Below are positions 8,883 through 18,832 of a stretch of 64,000 nucleotides of DNA, piece by piece. Source of the stretch: an uncultured Alphaproteobacteria bacterium. GTDB lineage: Bacteria > Pseudomonadota > Alphaproteobacteria > Methylaequorales > Methylaequoraceae. Positions within the stretch are counted from its first letter, which is position 1. Each line of letters begins with the position of its first letter. The DNA lies in NCBI GenBank assembly GCA_902522465.1, contig CABYVV010000001.1, positions 90,060-154,059 on the forward strand. Direction: 5' to 3'. Below the pieces are notes generated by a model that was not told the origin of the DNA, made no database searches, and was given only the letters and a program-made list of their open reading frames with translations. A program made the translations under genes and the position numbers.

Positions 8883-10559
8883 ATGGATAATCAAAAAAAC
8901 CTACTACTTGCTGTTCTTTTTTCACTAATCGTTTTGATAGGTTACGATTTCTTCTTTAACCCAAAAACTAAAATAGACAATCAAAATACTCCCCCCGAGA
9001 TTATAAAAAAAAATGATGAAGATATTCCAACACTAGATAACAGAGAGTTTACAAAAAAAAATAAAGTTGAGGAAAAGCGAATTGATTTTGAATCCAAAAG
9101 ATTGAAAGGTTCAATAAATTTATATGGCGCAACATTTGACGATATCTCTCTGAAAGATTATTTCGAAACAATTGATAAAAAAGCAACTATCAAAATACTA
9201 TCGAAGGAAAGTTCAGTAAAACCATATTTTTTGAGATTAGGTTGGGCTTCAACAGATAAATCAATGCCAATGCCAAATAAAGATTCTCTTTGGACAGCAG
9301 ATAAACAGAAATATGCTGAAGATGAGAAAATCATACTTAGATGGAATAATGGAAAAGGCCTTACATTTAATAGAAAAATATCTATTGATGAAAATTTTAT
9401 GATTCTAGTTGAAGACGAAGTTTACAATCAATCTGGAAAAAAGATTGAACTGACTAACTACTCATATTTAAGAAGATTAAATCATAGACCACAAAATAAA
9501 TTTTTTATTTTACATGAAGGTCCACTAGGGGTTTTCAACGATACTTTAAAAGAAGTCTCTTATGAAGAGATAGAGGAGGAAAATGAAATAGTTGAAGTAA
9601 CCCAAAATGGATGGATAGGTTTCACAGATCATTATTGGCAGGTTGCAATTTTTCCAGAAAATGACAAACCCTTCAAAGCAAGATTTAAAAACCTAAAAAA
9701 TCAGCCTAATTCTGTTCAAATAGATTTTCTAAATGAATCAATTAAAACCCTAGAGAATAAAGAAAAATTAAAAATAAAATCTTTTATTTTTGCTGGTGCA
9801 AAAGAAGTCCCTCTTATAGATAAATATATTGATAAATTAAAAATTAATAAACTTGATCTTTCAGTTGATTTTGGCTGGTTTTATTTTTTGACTAAACCAT
9901 TGTTTTATGCCCTGCACTTCTTGTCAGGATTATTTGGAAACTTTGGAATAGGTATTATCATTCTTACCATTTGTATAAGAATCATTCTCTTTCCATTGGC
10001 AAATAAGTCATTTAAATCTATGAATGCTATGCGGATCTTAACACCAGAAATTCAAAGACTTAGAGAAAGATATAAAGATGATAGAGCTAAAATGAATCAA
10101 GAAATGTTTGCAATGTATAAGGAAAAAAAAATTAATCCTGCCTCAGGCTGTTTGCCAATTTTAATTCAAATCCCAATTTTCTTTGCACTTTACAAAGTAC
10201 TTTTTGTATCAATAGAGATGAGGCACGCACCTTTTTTTGGGTGGATAAACGATTTATCTGCTCCCGATCCAACAAGTTTATTTAACCTTTTTGGAGTGAT
10301 ACCTTGGGATCCTCCAATGTTCCTAACAATTGGGGTTTGGCCTCTTTTAATGGGTTTAACTATGTATCTTCAACAAAAAATTAATCCTCCACCACCAGAC
10401 CCTATCCAAGCAAAAATATTTATGATGTTGCCTTTGATTTTCACTTTTTTATTAGCTACCTTCCCCTCTGGAATGGTTATCTATTGGACTGTTAATAATA
10501 TACTATCCATTGCTCAACAATATTTTCTTTTAAAAAAGCAAAAGAGACAAACAGAATAA
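8883..10559 (+). CDS. yidC: Membrane protein insertase YidC
   Basis: 558-aa ORF with an N-terminal TM helix, a large periplasmic domain and a C-terminal 60-kDa insertase core (PILIQIPIFFALY, YWTVNNILSIAQQ). It sits in rpmH-rnpA-yidC-engB synteny. Confidence 0.95.
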   Translation: MDNQKNLLLAVLFSLIVLIGYDFFFNPKTKIDNQNTPPEIIKKNDEDIPTLDNREFTKKNKVEEKRIDFESKRLKGSINLYGATFDDISLKDYFETIDKKATIKILSKESSVKPYFLRLGWASTDKSMPMPNKDSLWTADKQKYAEDEKIILRWNNGKGLTFNRKISIDENFMILVEDEVYNQSGKKIELTNYSYLRRLNHRPQNKFFILHEGPLGVFNDTLKEVSYEEIEEENEIVEVTQNGWIGFTDHYWQVAIFPENDKPFKARFKNLKNQPNSVQIDFLNESIKTLENKEKLKIKSFIFAGAKEVPLIDKYIDKLKINKLDLSVDFGWFYFLTKPLFYALHFLSGLFGNFGIGIIILTICIRIILFPLANKSFKSMNAMRILTPEIQRLRERYKDDRAKMNQEMFAMYKEKKINPASGCLPILIQIPIFFALYKVLFVSIEMRHAPFFGWINDLSAPDPTSLFNLFGVIPWDPPMFLTIGVWPLLMGLTMYLQQKINPPPPDPIQAKIFMMLPLIFTFLLATFPSGMVIYWTVNNILSIAQQYFLLKKQKRQTE

Positions 10560-10583
10560 AATGTCGGGGTAATAGTTAGAGAA

Positions 10584-11192
10584 ATGAAGGAGGTTTGGAA
10601 ATTTATAGATGATATTCATGAATTTAGTTCCTTGCCACCAGCAGACATTCCCGAAATTGTTTTTTGGGGAAGATCTAATGTTGGCAAATCGTCTCTTATA
10701 AATTCACTTACACAATCATCTATAGCTAAAACATCAAAAACTCCTGGCAGGACAAGATCACTAGTTTTCTTTCAACTTGAAAAAAAATTAAGAATTGTTG
10801 ACTTTCCTGGATATGGATTTTCAAAAATATCAAAAAAAATTGAAAGTAAACTTGATAGTCTTATCGATCAATACTTACAAAAAAGAAAATGTATTGAAAA
10901 ATTATTTTTGCTCATAGATTCAAACCTTGGATTTAAAGATACAGATAAAATTATAATAAATCAGTTAGATGTTATTTTAAAAGATAAAGTTATTATTGTA
11001 TTTACAAAAAAAGATAGGATAAAAAATAATTCTGATAAAGAAAAACTTAAATTTTATAACGATGTTGCCTATTCAAAATTCAAGAAAAAATTCTTTAATA
11101 CTAGTATTAAAGATACTAATGATATAATTTTATTGAAAAAGTTCATGATGCGTCCGTTAGTCCAGAAAAATGAAATTATCAAAAGTAAATAA
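10584..11192 (+). CDS. engB: Ribosome biogenesis GTP-binding protein YihA/EngB
   Basis: 202-aa ORF with G1 GRSNVGKSSLIN, G3 DFPGYG and G4 TKKD. Confidence 0.9.
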   Translation: MKEVWKFIDDIHEFSSLPPADIPEIVFWGRSNVGKSSLINSLTQSSIAKTSKTPGRTRSLVFFQLEKKLRIVDFPGYGFSKISKKIESKLDSLIDQYLQKRKCIEKLFLLIDSNLGFKDTDKIIINQLDVILKDKVIIVFTKKDRIKNNSDKEKLKFYNDVAYSKFKKKFFNTSIKDTNDIILLKKFMMRPLVQKNEIIKSK

Positions 11193-12054
11193 AAAATTTT
11201 CTATTGACAAAGCAACTATTTTGTCGAAAGCACTTCCCTTCATGCAAAGGTATGCAGGAAAAAATATAACTATTAAATTTGGTGGGTCAGCAATGGGAGA
11301 AAAAAACTTTTCGCACTGTTTTGCAAAAGATATTGTTTTACTAAAGCAGGTTGGGATTAACCCAATAGTAGTTCATGGAGGTGGGCCTAAAATAAAAGAA
11401 ATGCTTGACAAACTTGGAGTAAAAACTGATTTCATAAATGGATTGAGGGTTACCGATAAGGAAACAATAAATATAGTTGAAATGATCCTTTCTGGATCAA
11501 TTAACAAAGAAATTGTTATGGAAATTAATAAAGAAGGTGGAATGGCTATTGGACTATCAGGAAAAGACGGTTTGTTAGCAGAAACAAAAAAAATTAAATT
11601 AGGTGCAAATAAAAAATTAAAAGATTTAGGTTTTGTTGGTGAACCTGTAAATATTAACAAAGACCTTCTTTACTGGTTTTTAGAATCACATTTTATACCA
11701 GTAATCTCCCCAATAGGTTTTGATAAAAAATTTGATTCATTTAATGTAAACGCTGACACAATGTCTGGGAAGGTTGCATCATCTGTTCTTTCAGAGAGGT
11801 TAGTACTTTTAACTGACGTTGATGGTGTTTTAGATAAAAAAGGTAATCTAGTTTCTGAATTGTCTATAACTGAAGCAAAAAAACTAATCAAAGATGGTAC
11901 AATCTCTAAAGGCATGATTCCCAAGGTAGAGACATGTATAGAGGCTGTAAAGAATGGAGTAAAAGCTGCTGTAATTTTAAATGGAAAACTTTCACACGCT
12001 ATACTTTTAGAAATTTTTACTGAAAGAGGTGTAGGAACATTAATAACCAAATAA
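11170..12054 (+). CDS. argB: Acetylglutamate kinase
   Basis: 294-aa ORF with the motifs IKFGGSAM and VVHGGGP. It overlaps engB by 23 nt. Confidence 0.95.
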   Translation: MKLSKVNKKFSIDKATILSKALPFMQRYAGKNITIKFGGSAMGEKNFSHCFAKDIVLLKQVGINPIVVHGGGPKIKEMLDKLGVKTDFINGLRVTDKETINIVEMILSGSINKEIVMEINKEGGMAIGLSGKDGLLAETKKIKLGANKKLKDLGFVGEPVNINKDLLYWFLESHFIPVISPIGFDKKFDSFNVNADTMSGKVASSVLSERLVLLTDVDGVLDKKGNLVSELSITEAKKLIKDGTISKGMIPKVETCIEAVKNGVKAAVILNGKLSHAILLEIFTERGVGTLITK

Positions 12055-12713
12055 TGAATTTAGATATATTCAATGATAAAACGACTTGGTTGTTTGATCT
12101 AGACAACACACTTTATCCTGAGAAATCAGGAGTTTTTGAACAAATTGATGAAAGGATGAAAATTTATATTTCACAAAAACTTAAAATTTCCAAAGAAAAA
12201 GCATTTGATTTACAAAAATTATTTTACAAAAAATACGGTACTACACTCTCTGGTTTGATAAAACATTATGATGTTGATCCAGAGGAGTTTTTGGAATTTG
12301 TCCATGATATAAATTTTGATAATTTAAAGAAATCTAATAAATTAAAAGAAAATTTACAGTTACTTCCTGGCAAGTGTATTGTGTATACAAATGGTGATTC
12401 TGACTACGCATCTAAAATATTAGAATCTTTAGGGATAAAGACTATTTTCACTGATATTTTTGATATCAGAAAAGCAGACTATATTCCTAAACCTACTAAG
12501 ATATCTTTTGATATGTTATTAAAAAAATACAGTATAATCCCAGAAAGAACTGTATTTTTTGATGATTTAGAAAAAAATTTAGTTTATGCATTCCAAAAAG
12601 GAATAACAACAATTCATATTTCAGACAAAAAAAATGTAAAAAAACCATACATTAGTTTTAGATTTAAAACTGTAATTAATGCATTAGATATGATAATAAA
12701 AAGCATGGAGTAA
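12054..12713 (+). CDS. HAD-superfamily pyrimidine 5'-nucleotidase-like hydrolase
   Basis: 219-aa ORF with HAD motif I FDLDNTLY and motif FFDD near the C-terminus. It occupies the usual alphaproteobacterial position between argB and dapD. Confidence 0.8.
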   Translation: MNLDIFNDKTTWLFDLDNTLYPEKSGVFEQIDERMKIYISQKLKISKEKAFDLQKLFYKKYGTTLSGLIKHYDVDPEEFLEFVHDINFDNLKKSNKLKENLQLLPGKCIVYTNGDSDYASKILESLGIKTIFTDIFDIRKADYIPKPTKISFDMLLKKYSIIPERTVFFDDLEKNLVYAFQKGITTIHISDKKNVKKPYISFRFKTVINALDMIIKSME

Positions 12714-12722
12714 ATTGAAATA

Positions 12723-13571
12723 ATGGATTTAAAAATTAAAAATGATATTGAGAATTTTTGGAATAAAAAAGATGAACTCAATTTTTCAGATCCATCAATA
12801 AAAAAAACAATATTGCAAGTTCTAGAAAATCTAGATTCTGGAAGTATTAGAGTTTGTGAAAAAAAAAATGGGATTTGGGTAACAAACGAATGGATAAAAA
12901 AGGGTATACTACTTTCGTTTAAATGTCTTGAAAACAATATTTTCTCTAGTGGTATATCTAATGCCAGAAGAGGACAATACAGTTGGTACGATAAGGCTTT
13001 TTTAAAAACATCAGGTTGGGTTGAAGACGAGTGGACAAAAAGGAACTTCAGGTCTGTTCCTGGTGCGGTTATTAGGTATTCATCGTTTATAGCTGAAAAT
13101 GTAGTTCTTATGCCTTCATTTGTGAACTTAGGAGCTTATGTAGATAGCGGGACAATGATAGACACATGGGCTACAGTAGGATCATGTGCACAAATTGGAA
13201 AAAATGTCCATATCTCTGGCGGTGCAGGAATCGGTGGGGTACTTGAGCCTCTTCAGGCAAACCCGGTTATTATCGAAGATAACTGTTTCATAGGTGCACG
13301 TTCAGAGATTGCAGAAGGTGTAGTTGTAGAAGAGGGCTCGGTAATATCAATGGGAGTTTATGTTGGTGCATCAACAAAAATTATTGATAGGGAAACTGGT
13401 GAGATTTTATATGGTAAAATACCTCCATATTCTGTAGTAGTTCCTGGTTCAGTTCCAGGTAAAAAATTAAATTCTGGAACTTCACCTAGCCTTTATTGTG
13501 CTGTAATTGTAAAAAGAGTTGATGCTAAAACAAGATCTAAAACATCTATAAATGATCTTTTAAGGTCATAA
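12723..13571 (+). CDS. dapD: 2,3,4,5-tetrahydropyridine-2,6-dicarboxylate N-succinyltransferase
   Basis: 282-aa ORF with a left-handed beta-helix hexapeptide region ([36 protein letters not shown]). It is adjacent to dapE. Confidence 0.9.
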   Translation: MDLKIKNDIENFWNKKDELNFSDPSIKKTILQVLENLDSGSIRVCEKKNGIWVTNEWIKKGILLSFKCLENNIFSSGISNARRGQYSWYDKAFLKTSGWVEDEWTKRNFRSVPGAVIRYSSFIAENVVLMPSFVNLGAYVDSGTMIDTWATVGSCAQIGKNVHISGGAGIGGVLEPLQANPVIIEDNCFIGARSEIAEGVVVEEGSVISMGVYVGASTKIIDRETGEILYGKIPPYSVVVPGSVPGKKLNSGTSPSLYCAVIVKRVDAKTRSKTSINDLLRS

Positions 13572-14701
13572 TGAATACTTTAGATTTATCTTCAAAACTA
13601 ATAAAATTCAAAAGTGTAACACCGGATAACTCAGGTACATTAGAATATATAGAACAAATTTTGAAAAAAAATAGATTTGAGTGCCATCTTCTTGAATTCG
13701 GAAAAGATAAAATAAAAAATTTATATGCTTCTTTCAAAGGTGGAAACGGTCCTAACATTTGTTTTGCCGGTCATACAGATGTAGTTCCGCCTGGAGATTT
13801 GAAACAATGGAATACAAATCCATTTATTCCAGTTGTTAAAAATGGGAATTTATATGGAAGAGGAGCAAGCGACATGAAAACAGCTGTAGCATCTTTTATT
13901 ATTGCAGCACTGAACTTTCTAGAAGAAAAAAAATTTGCCTTTAAAGGAACTTTATCTTTTATCCTTACAGCCGATGAGGAGGGTGAAGCAGAATTTGGAA
14001 CGAAAAGTGTTATCAAATGGCTTAAAAAAAAAAATAAAAAAATTGACTACTGTCTAGTAGGTGAACCAACAAATCAAAAAAAGTTGGGAGAAATGATAAA
14101 AATTGGAAGAAGGGGCAGTGTAAACTTCTCATTAAAAGTTTTTGGATCTCAAGGTCATGTAGCATATCCAAGTATGGCAAGTAATCCCATAAATGACCTA
14201 ATTAAAATTTGTTATAAACTTCAAAGACCCTTTGACAAAGGCTCAAGACAATTTCAACCTACCTCATTAGTTATAACCTCAATTGATGTTTCAAATAAAA
14301 TAAGTAATCTCATTCCTAATCAAGTGGAAATGAAATTTAATGTTAGATTTAATGACAAATTTAAATCATCAGAAATAATAAAGATTATTATAAAAAGAAT
14401 AAAGTCAGTGACATCAAAATATAAATTATGTTCTAAAGTTTCTGGCGAGTCTTTCATAAATAGTTCTAAATTATTGACTGATCCACTAGTGAGTTCTATT
14501 AAAAAGATAACCAAAGTTAATCCTAAATTAAGTACTTCAGGAGGAACATCTGATGCAAGGTTTATCTATCAAATATGTCCTGTTATTGAATTTGGTTCAA
14601 TTGGAAGAACTATGCATAAATCAAACGAAATGGTTGAAGTAAAAAATATCGAAAAACTTACTCAAATTTACAATGAATTTTTAAATCTTATGTTTAAGTA
14701 G
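13571..14701 (+). CDS. dapE: Succinyl-diaminopimelate desuccinylase
   Basis: 376-aa ORF with M20 motifs GHTDVVPPG, GRGASDMK and ADEEG. It overlaps the dapD stop by 1 nt. Confidence 0.9.
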   Translation: MNTLDLSSKLIKFKSVTPDNSGTLEYIEQILKKNRFECHLLEFGKDKIKNLYASFKGGNGPNICFAGHTDVVPPGDLKQWNTNPFIPVVKNGNLYGRGASDMKTAVASFIIAALNFLEEKKFAFKGTLSFILTADEEGEAEFGTKSVIKWLKKKNKKIDYCLVGEPTNQKKLGEMIKIGRRGSVNFSLKVFGSQGHVAYPSMASNPINDLIKICYKLQRPFDKGSRQFQPTSLVITSIDVSNKISNLIPNQVEMKFNVRFNDKFKSSEIIKIIIKRIKSVTSKYKLCSKVSGESFINSSKLLTDPLVSSIKKITKVNPKLSTSGGTSDARFIYQICPVIEFGSIGRTMHKSNEMVEVKNIEKLTQIYNEFLNLMFK

Positions 14702-14707
14702 TATATT

Positions 14708-15454
14708 CTAGTATTTAATTTTTTCTAAATAAAGTCCATGTGCTGGTACCGTTGGACCAGCATTTTGTCTATCTTTAGATAGGAGTATTCTCATAATTTC
14801 TTTTTCATCTCCATTTTCTAAAGAAACCTTGATTAATGTTCCTACTATAATTCTTACTTGATTGTGTAAGAAAGATTTCCCAATAATTCTCAATTCAATA
14901 CATTCATTAACCTTTTTAATTTTAATATTCTTAATTGACCTTATTGAGGTTTTTGATTGACAGTGTTTAGATCTGAATGCATTAAAATCAAATTTTCCAA
15001 TCAAAGGTTTAGATAATTCTTTTAAATTTTCTATGTCAATTTCTTTTGGAACAAACCAAGCCCTATTAGAAAGTATAGTAGAGTGGATTCGTCTATTTAA
15101 AATCTTATATAAATAGGTTTTTTCTTTTACAGAAAATCGAGAATCAAATAGTTCAGATACTCTCTCCGATTTTAAAATAACTATATTATTTTTACTTTTA
15201 ACCAATAAATGGTTCAAGGCAAATGCAATTTTACTTATTTCAAATTCAATTTTGTCTATGTCAAAATGTGCTACTTGGTAAAGAGCATGAACACCAGCAT
15301 CAGTTCTCCCGGCAACATACAATCTAATATTCTTTTTAAACAACTTCTTTAAACATTTCTCTATTTCCTCTTGAATTGATTTTCCAGACTTTTGAATTTG
15401 CCATCCGACGTAATTACTTCCATCATATTCAATAATTAGTTTGATTCTCTTCAT
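14708..15454 (-). CDS. truA: tRNA pseudouridine(38-40) synthase
   Basis: 248-aa ORF with the catalytic motif GRTDAGVHA. Confidence 0.9.
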   Translation of the reverse strand: MKRIKLIIEYDGSNYVGWQIQKSGKSIQEEIEKCLKKLFKKNIRLYVAGRTDAGVHALYQVAHFDIDKIEFEISKIAFALNHLLVKSKNNIVILKSERVSELFDSRFSVKEKTYLYKILNRRIHSTILSNRAWFVPKEIDIENLKELSKPLIGKFDFNAFRSKHCQSKTSIRSIKNIKIKKVNECIELRIIGKSFLHNQVRIIVGTLIKVSLENGDEKEIMRILLSKDRQNAGPTVPAHGLYLEKIKY

Positions 15455-16404
15455 TAGGAAAAAGAGAATGTTTTTATTTTATTTCCATTTAAATAATCCA
15501 TTACAGCCATTGGACTCTTTCCCTCTTTTTGAATAATTTCTATTTTTAAGAAATTTCTTCCGCATTTTACTTTAAAATCTTCAGTAATATCCCCCACATT
15601 GTATTTTTTTTTTGGGGAATCATCCTCATCAATGATAGAGGCTTTAAGAATTTTAATTCTAGATTTAGAATTCTTAAAATTTGTCCAAGCACCAGGATAT
15701 GGACTAAATGCCCTGATTTTTAGATTTATTTTACTAGCATCCTCAGTCCAAATTATTTTAAATTCTGACTTATCTAATTTGTTTGCATAACTCGCTAATT
15801 CCTCCGATTGAAATTTAAATGAAAAATTATTGTTTACAATATCAATTATTCCCTGTTTTAGTAATTTTTTGCCATATTGTAAAATCTTGTTGTAAATAGT
15901 CTCAAAATTATCGTCGGAATTAATTGCAAAACTTTTTTCTAAGATTACTGGTCCAGCATCTAACTTTTCATCCACTCTCATTATACAAACACCAGTCTTC
16001 TTATCATTTGATAATATTGCTCTATGAATAGGTGCTGCACCCCTCCACCTTGGAAGAAGAGAAGCATGAATATTAATGCTCAGAAAATTTGGAAGATTTA
16101 TCAATTTTTTCGTTAAAATGTTTCCATAAGCTACAACAACGTTAATATCTACATTTTCTTTAGAAATTTTTTTAAAAAACATCGCATCTCTGCAATTAAG
16201 AGGTGTAAATACTTTGATATTTTGTTTTTTTGCCCACTGGTGAACAGGCGACAATTTTTCTTTTTTTCCTCTTCCTGACTTCCTAGGAGGCTGAGAAACT
16301 ACAAAAGAGATTTTAGCTCCGTTTGTGAACAAATATTTTAAGAAATGCAGAGAAAAGTCAGGTGTTCCATAAAATCCAATTTTAACGTCATGTAGTTTCT
16401 TCAT
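15454..16404 (-). CDS. fmt: Methionyl-tRNA formyltransferase
   Basis: 316-aa ORF with the motif HASLLPRWRGAAPI, in def-fmt synteny. Confidence 0.92.
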   Translation of the reverse strand: MKKLHDVKIGFYGTPDFSLHFLKYLFTNGAKISFVVSQPPRKSGRGKKEKLSPVHQWAKKQNIKVFTPLNCRDAMFFKKISKENVDINVVVAYGNILTKKLINLPNFLSINIHASLLPRWRGAAPIHRAILSNDKKTGVCIMRVDEKLDAGPVILEKSFAINSDDNFETIYNKILQYGKKLLKQGIIDIVNNNFSFKFQSEELASYANKLDKSEFKIIWTEDASKINLKIRAFSPYPGAWTNFKNSKSRIKILKASIIDEDDSPKKKYNVGDITEDFKVKCGRNFLKIEIIQKEGKSPMAVMDYLNGNKIKTFSFS

Positions 16405-16912
16405 TTTTCTTTTTTTTTAATTTTTTTACTTTCTCAATTGCTCTTTTTTTCTTTAAACTGGATAAATAATCAATAAACAAGATACCATCTAGATGATCAA
16501 TTTCATGCTGTATACAAATAGAAAAGAGCCCTGAATAAATCTTTTTATTCTTCTTTCCTTTTAAATCTAACCATTCAACTTCAACCTCTTTTGCCCTTTC
16601 TACATCAGCGTAATATCCTGGTATTGACAAGCAACCTTCTTCGTTTGAAGATTTTTCTGGAGATTTTTTCAAAATTCTAGGATTTATGAAAACTACTGGA
16701 GATGATTTATTATTTTCTTTCAAATCAATAACAACAATTCTTTTTTTTATTCCTACTTGAGGAGCAGCTAAACCAATACCATTTCCAGAATCGTATAAAG
16801 TGTCAAACATATCTTCGATTATCATTTTAAGATTATTATCAAAAATCTTTACCTCAGAACTTTTGCACTTCAATCTTTTGTCAGGAATTGTTAATATCTC
16901 TAAAATGCTCAT
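16388..16912 (-). CDS. def: Peptide deformylase
   Basis: 174-aa ORF with all three PDF motifs: GLAAPQVG, EGCLSIPG and QHEIDHLDG. Confidence 0.96.
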   Translation of the reverse strand: MSILEILTIPDKRLKCKSSEVKIFDNNLKMIIEDMFDTLYDSGNGIGLAAPQVGIKKRIVVIDLKENNKSSPVVFINPRILKKSPEKSSNEEGCLSIPGYYADVERAKEVEVEWLDLKGKKNKKIYSGLFSICIQHEIDHLDGILFIDYLSSLKKKRAIEKVKKLKKKKNEETT

Positions 16913-16923
16913 CGAAAAATATT

Positions 16924-17913
16924 ATGGAATTTGAAAACACTATTATTTATATCGCACTTTTAATAACTATTGTTTTTTTATTTTTACAGTTTTTTATATC
17001 AAACAACAATACAAAAGAAAGAATAAAGGTTCTTCTCGAACAACAGTTAGTTTTAGAAAAATCAATCTCGGAGTTAATAGTTAGGCATTTTGATAAAATG
17101 GATTCAAAATTTGATAGAACATCATCAGATAATATTAATAATCTTAGCATGATAAGAGAAAAAATGTCTCTCATAGACAGGGCGCAGCAAAATATTACAA
17201 GTTTGACAGAGAATGTTGTTGATCTAAAAAACTTCTTAGCTAATACAACACAAAGGGGAAGGTTTGGAGAAATACTGCTTGAAAATCTTGTTAAAGATTA
17301 TCTTCCTAAAAATAATTATGAGTTTCAAAAAACTCTATCTAATAATTCACGTGTTGATTGTATGATCAAATCATCGGGGTCTCTGGACAAACTTTGCATA
17401 GACGCAAAATTTCCTAAGGAAAGTTTTGATAAGTTCCAAACAGCAACCTCGAGGGATGAAAAAGCTAAATATCTTAAAGTTTTTAAAAACGATGTTAATA
17501 ATCATATCAAAGACGTAAAAGAGAAATATCTAATACCAGGCGAAACCTCAGAAATTGCCTTAATCTTTATACCGAGTGAACAAATATACCTCGAAATTTT
17601 TAAGCTTTTTCCAGAATTAGGAAATACATTTTATGAAACAAAAATTTTCTTAATTTCACCCACCACACTTTGGATAATACTCAGTTCAATTGAGAGTTTA
17701 ATTAAAGACCAAAAAATAAAAGATAACTCAGCTCTTATTTTTCAATACATAAAAGATCTAAACCTAGAACTTACCAGACTTGAAACAAGAGTAAAAAAAA
17801 TGGATACTCATTTTTCCAGCGCTCAAAATGACCTGAATGATATTCTAGTTACAACAAAAAAAATATCTCAAAAAAAAGATAGACTGCTTAAACTTGACGA
17901 TAAAACTAACTAA
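16924..17913 (+). CDS. rmuC: DNA recombination protein RmuC
   Basis: N-terminal TM helix, a coiled coil and a RmuC nuclease-like C-terminal domain (RVDCMIK...DAKFP...IFIPSEQIY). I prefer the ATG at 16924 (MEFENT...) to the TTG at 16888, which would overlap the def start. Confidence 0.8.
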   Translation: MEFENTIIYIALLITIVFLFLQFFISNNNTKERIKVLLEQQLVLEKSISELIVRHFDKMDSKFDRTSSDNINNLSMIREKMSLIDRAQQNITSLTENVVDLKNFLANTTQRGRFGEILLENLVKDYLPKNNYEFQKTLSNNSRVDCMIKSSGSLDKLCIDAKFPKESFDKFQTATSRDEKAKYLKVFKNDVNNHIKDVKEKYLIPGETSEIALIFIPSEQIYLEIFKLFPELGNTFYETKIFLISPTTLWIILSSIESLIKDQKIKDNSALIFQYIKDLNLELTRLETRVKKMDTHFSSAQNDLNDILVTTKKISQKKDRLLKLDDKTN

Positions 17914-18505
17914 TATTTTTTACCTCAGATCTTGAAGTGAATGCTGCTGACATAGTATTGTAATCCAGTAAATCTAACTCACCTCCCACAGGCATGCCCT
18001 GGGCTAATTTTGTTGTTAAAACACCTGCCTTCATACATTGATCGGCAATAAATTGACCAGTTATTTGTCCTTCTGTTGTAGCATTGGTTGCAATTATAAT
18101 TTCCTTAACTTTTCCCTGTTTAATTCTCTTTATTAATTGGGTCAGATTTAATTGATCAGGCCCAACACCGTCCATTGCCGATAAAACTCCTCCTAGTACA
18201 TGATATTTTCCGTCGAATGCATTACTCTTTTCAATTGCCCATAAATCTCCAATGTCTTCAACAACACAAACCTTTCCATTATCTCTTTTGGCATTCAAAC
18301 AAATATTACAAGGGCTCGTAAGATCAATATTTCCACATTCTTCGCATAATACTAACTCTGATTGTACTTTTTCCATTGTTGTCATTAAAGAGGGAACAAT
18401 TTTATCTTTATGTTTCAAAAGATAAAGAACTATCCTTCTTGCTGACCTTGGTCCTAAAGTTGGAAGTTTAGAGAAAATATTAATTAATTCACTAAGTGAA
18501 GACAT
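17906..18505 (-). CDS. recR: Recombination protein RecR
   Basis: 199-aa ORF with a helix-hairpin-helix (LPTLGPRSARR), a Cys4 finger (CEECGN...CNIC) and a Toprim domain. Confidence 0.95.
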   Translation of the reverse strand: MSSLSELINIFSKLPTLGPRSARRIVLYLLKHKDKIVPSLMTTMEKVQSELVLCEECGNIDLTSPCNICLNAKRDNGKVCVVEDIGDLWAIEKSNAFDGKYHVLGGVLSAMDGVGPDQLNLTQLIKRIKQGKVKEIIIATNATTEGQITGQFIADQCMKAGVLTTKLAQGMPVGGELDLLDYNTMSAAFTSRSEVKNIS

Positions 18506-18508
18506 TAT

Positions 18509-18832
18509 TTAAAATGGAAGTTTCATACCAGGAGGTAGCCCTAAACCACCAGAAAGTGAACCAAGTTGGCTATTCATATCTTCATTAATTTTTTTATTAA
18601 CGTCATTAATAGCTGCGATGATTAAATCCTCTAGAACCTCAACTTCTTCGGCGTTAAGTAATGATTTATCAATATTTATTTTTTTTAGTTCGTGTTTTCC
18701 GTTCATTATAACTTTAACTGCTCCCCCACCAGATGTACCTTCAACTTCCATATTCTCTATTTTTTTTTGAATTTCCGACATTTTATCTTGCATAGCTTTT
18801 GCTTGTTTCATTATTTGAGACATATTATTCAT
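18509..18832 (-). CDS. ybaB: Nucleoid-associated protein YbaB/EbfC
   Basis: 107-aa ORF between dnaX and recR, with the typical MMKQAQ-like N-terminus (IMKQAKAMQDKM) and the VEGTSGGGAVKV segment. Confidence 0.9.
   Translation of the reverse strand: MNNMSQIMKQAKAMQDKMSEIQKKIENMEVEGTSGGGAVKVIMNGKHELKKINIDKSLLNAEEVEVLEDLIIAAINDVNKKINEDMNSQLGSLSGGLGLPPGMKLPF

Noticed and set aside
11373-12050. Two long antisense ORFs (95 and 126 aa) opposite argB.
   Set aside because: Their translations are low-complexity (S/P/I/F-rich) and have no start context. They are the mirror of the strongly supported argB frame, so they are most likely frame-shadow ORFs.
12614-12937. A 107-aa minus-strand ORF spanning the HAD/dapD junction.
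   Set aside because: It is antisense to two well-supported genes and low in complexity, with no independent support.
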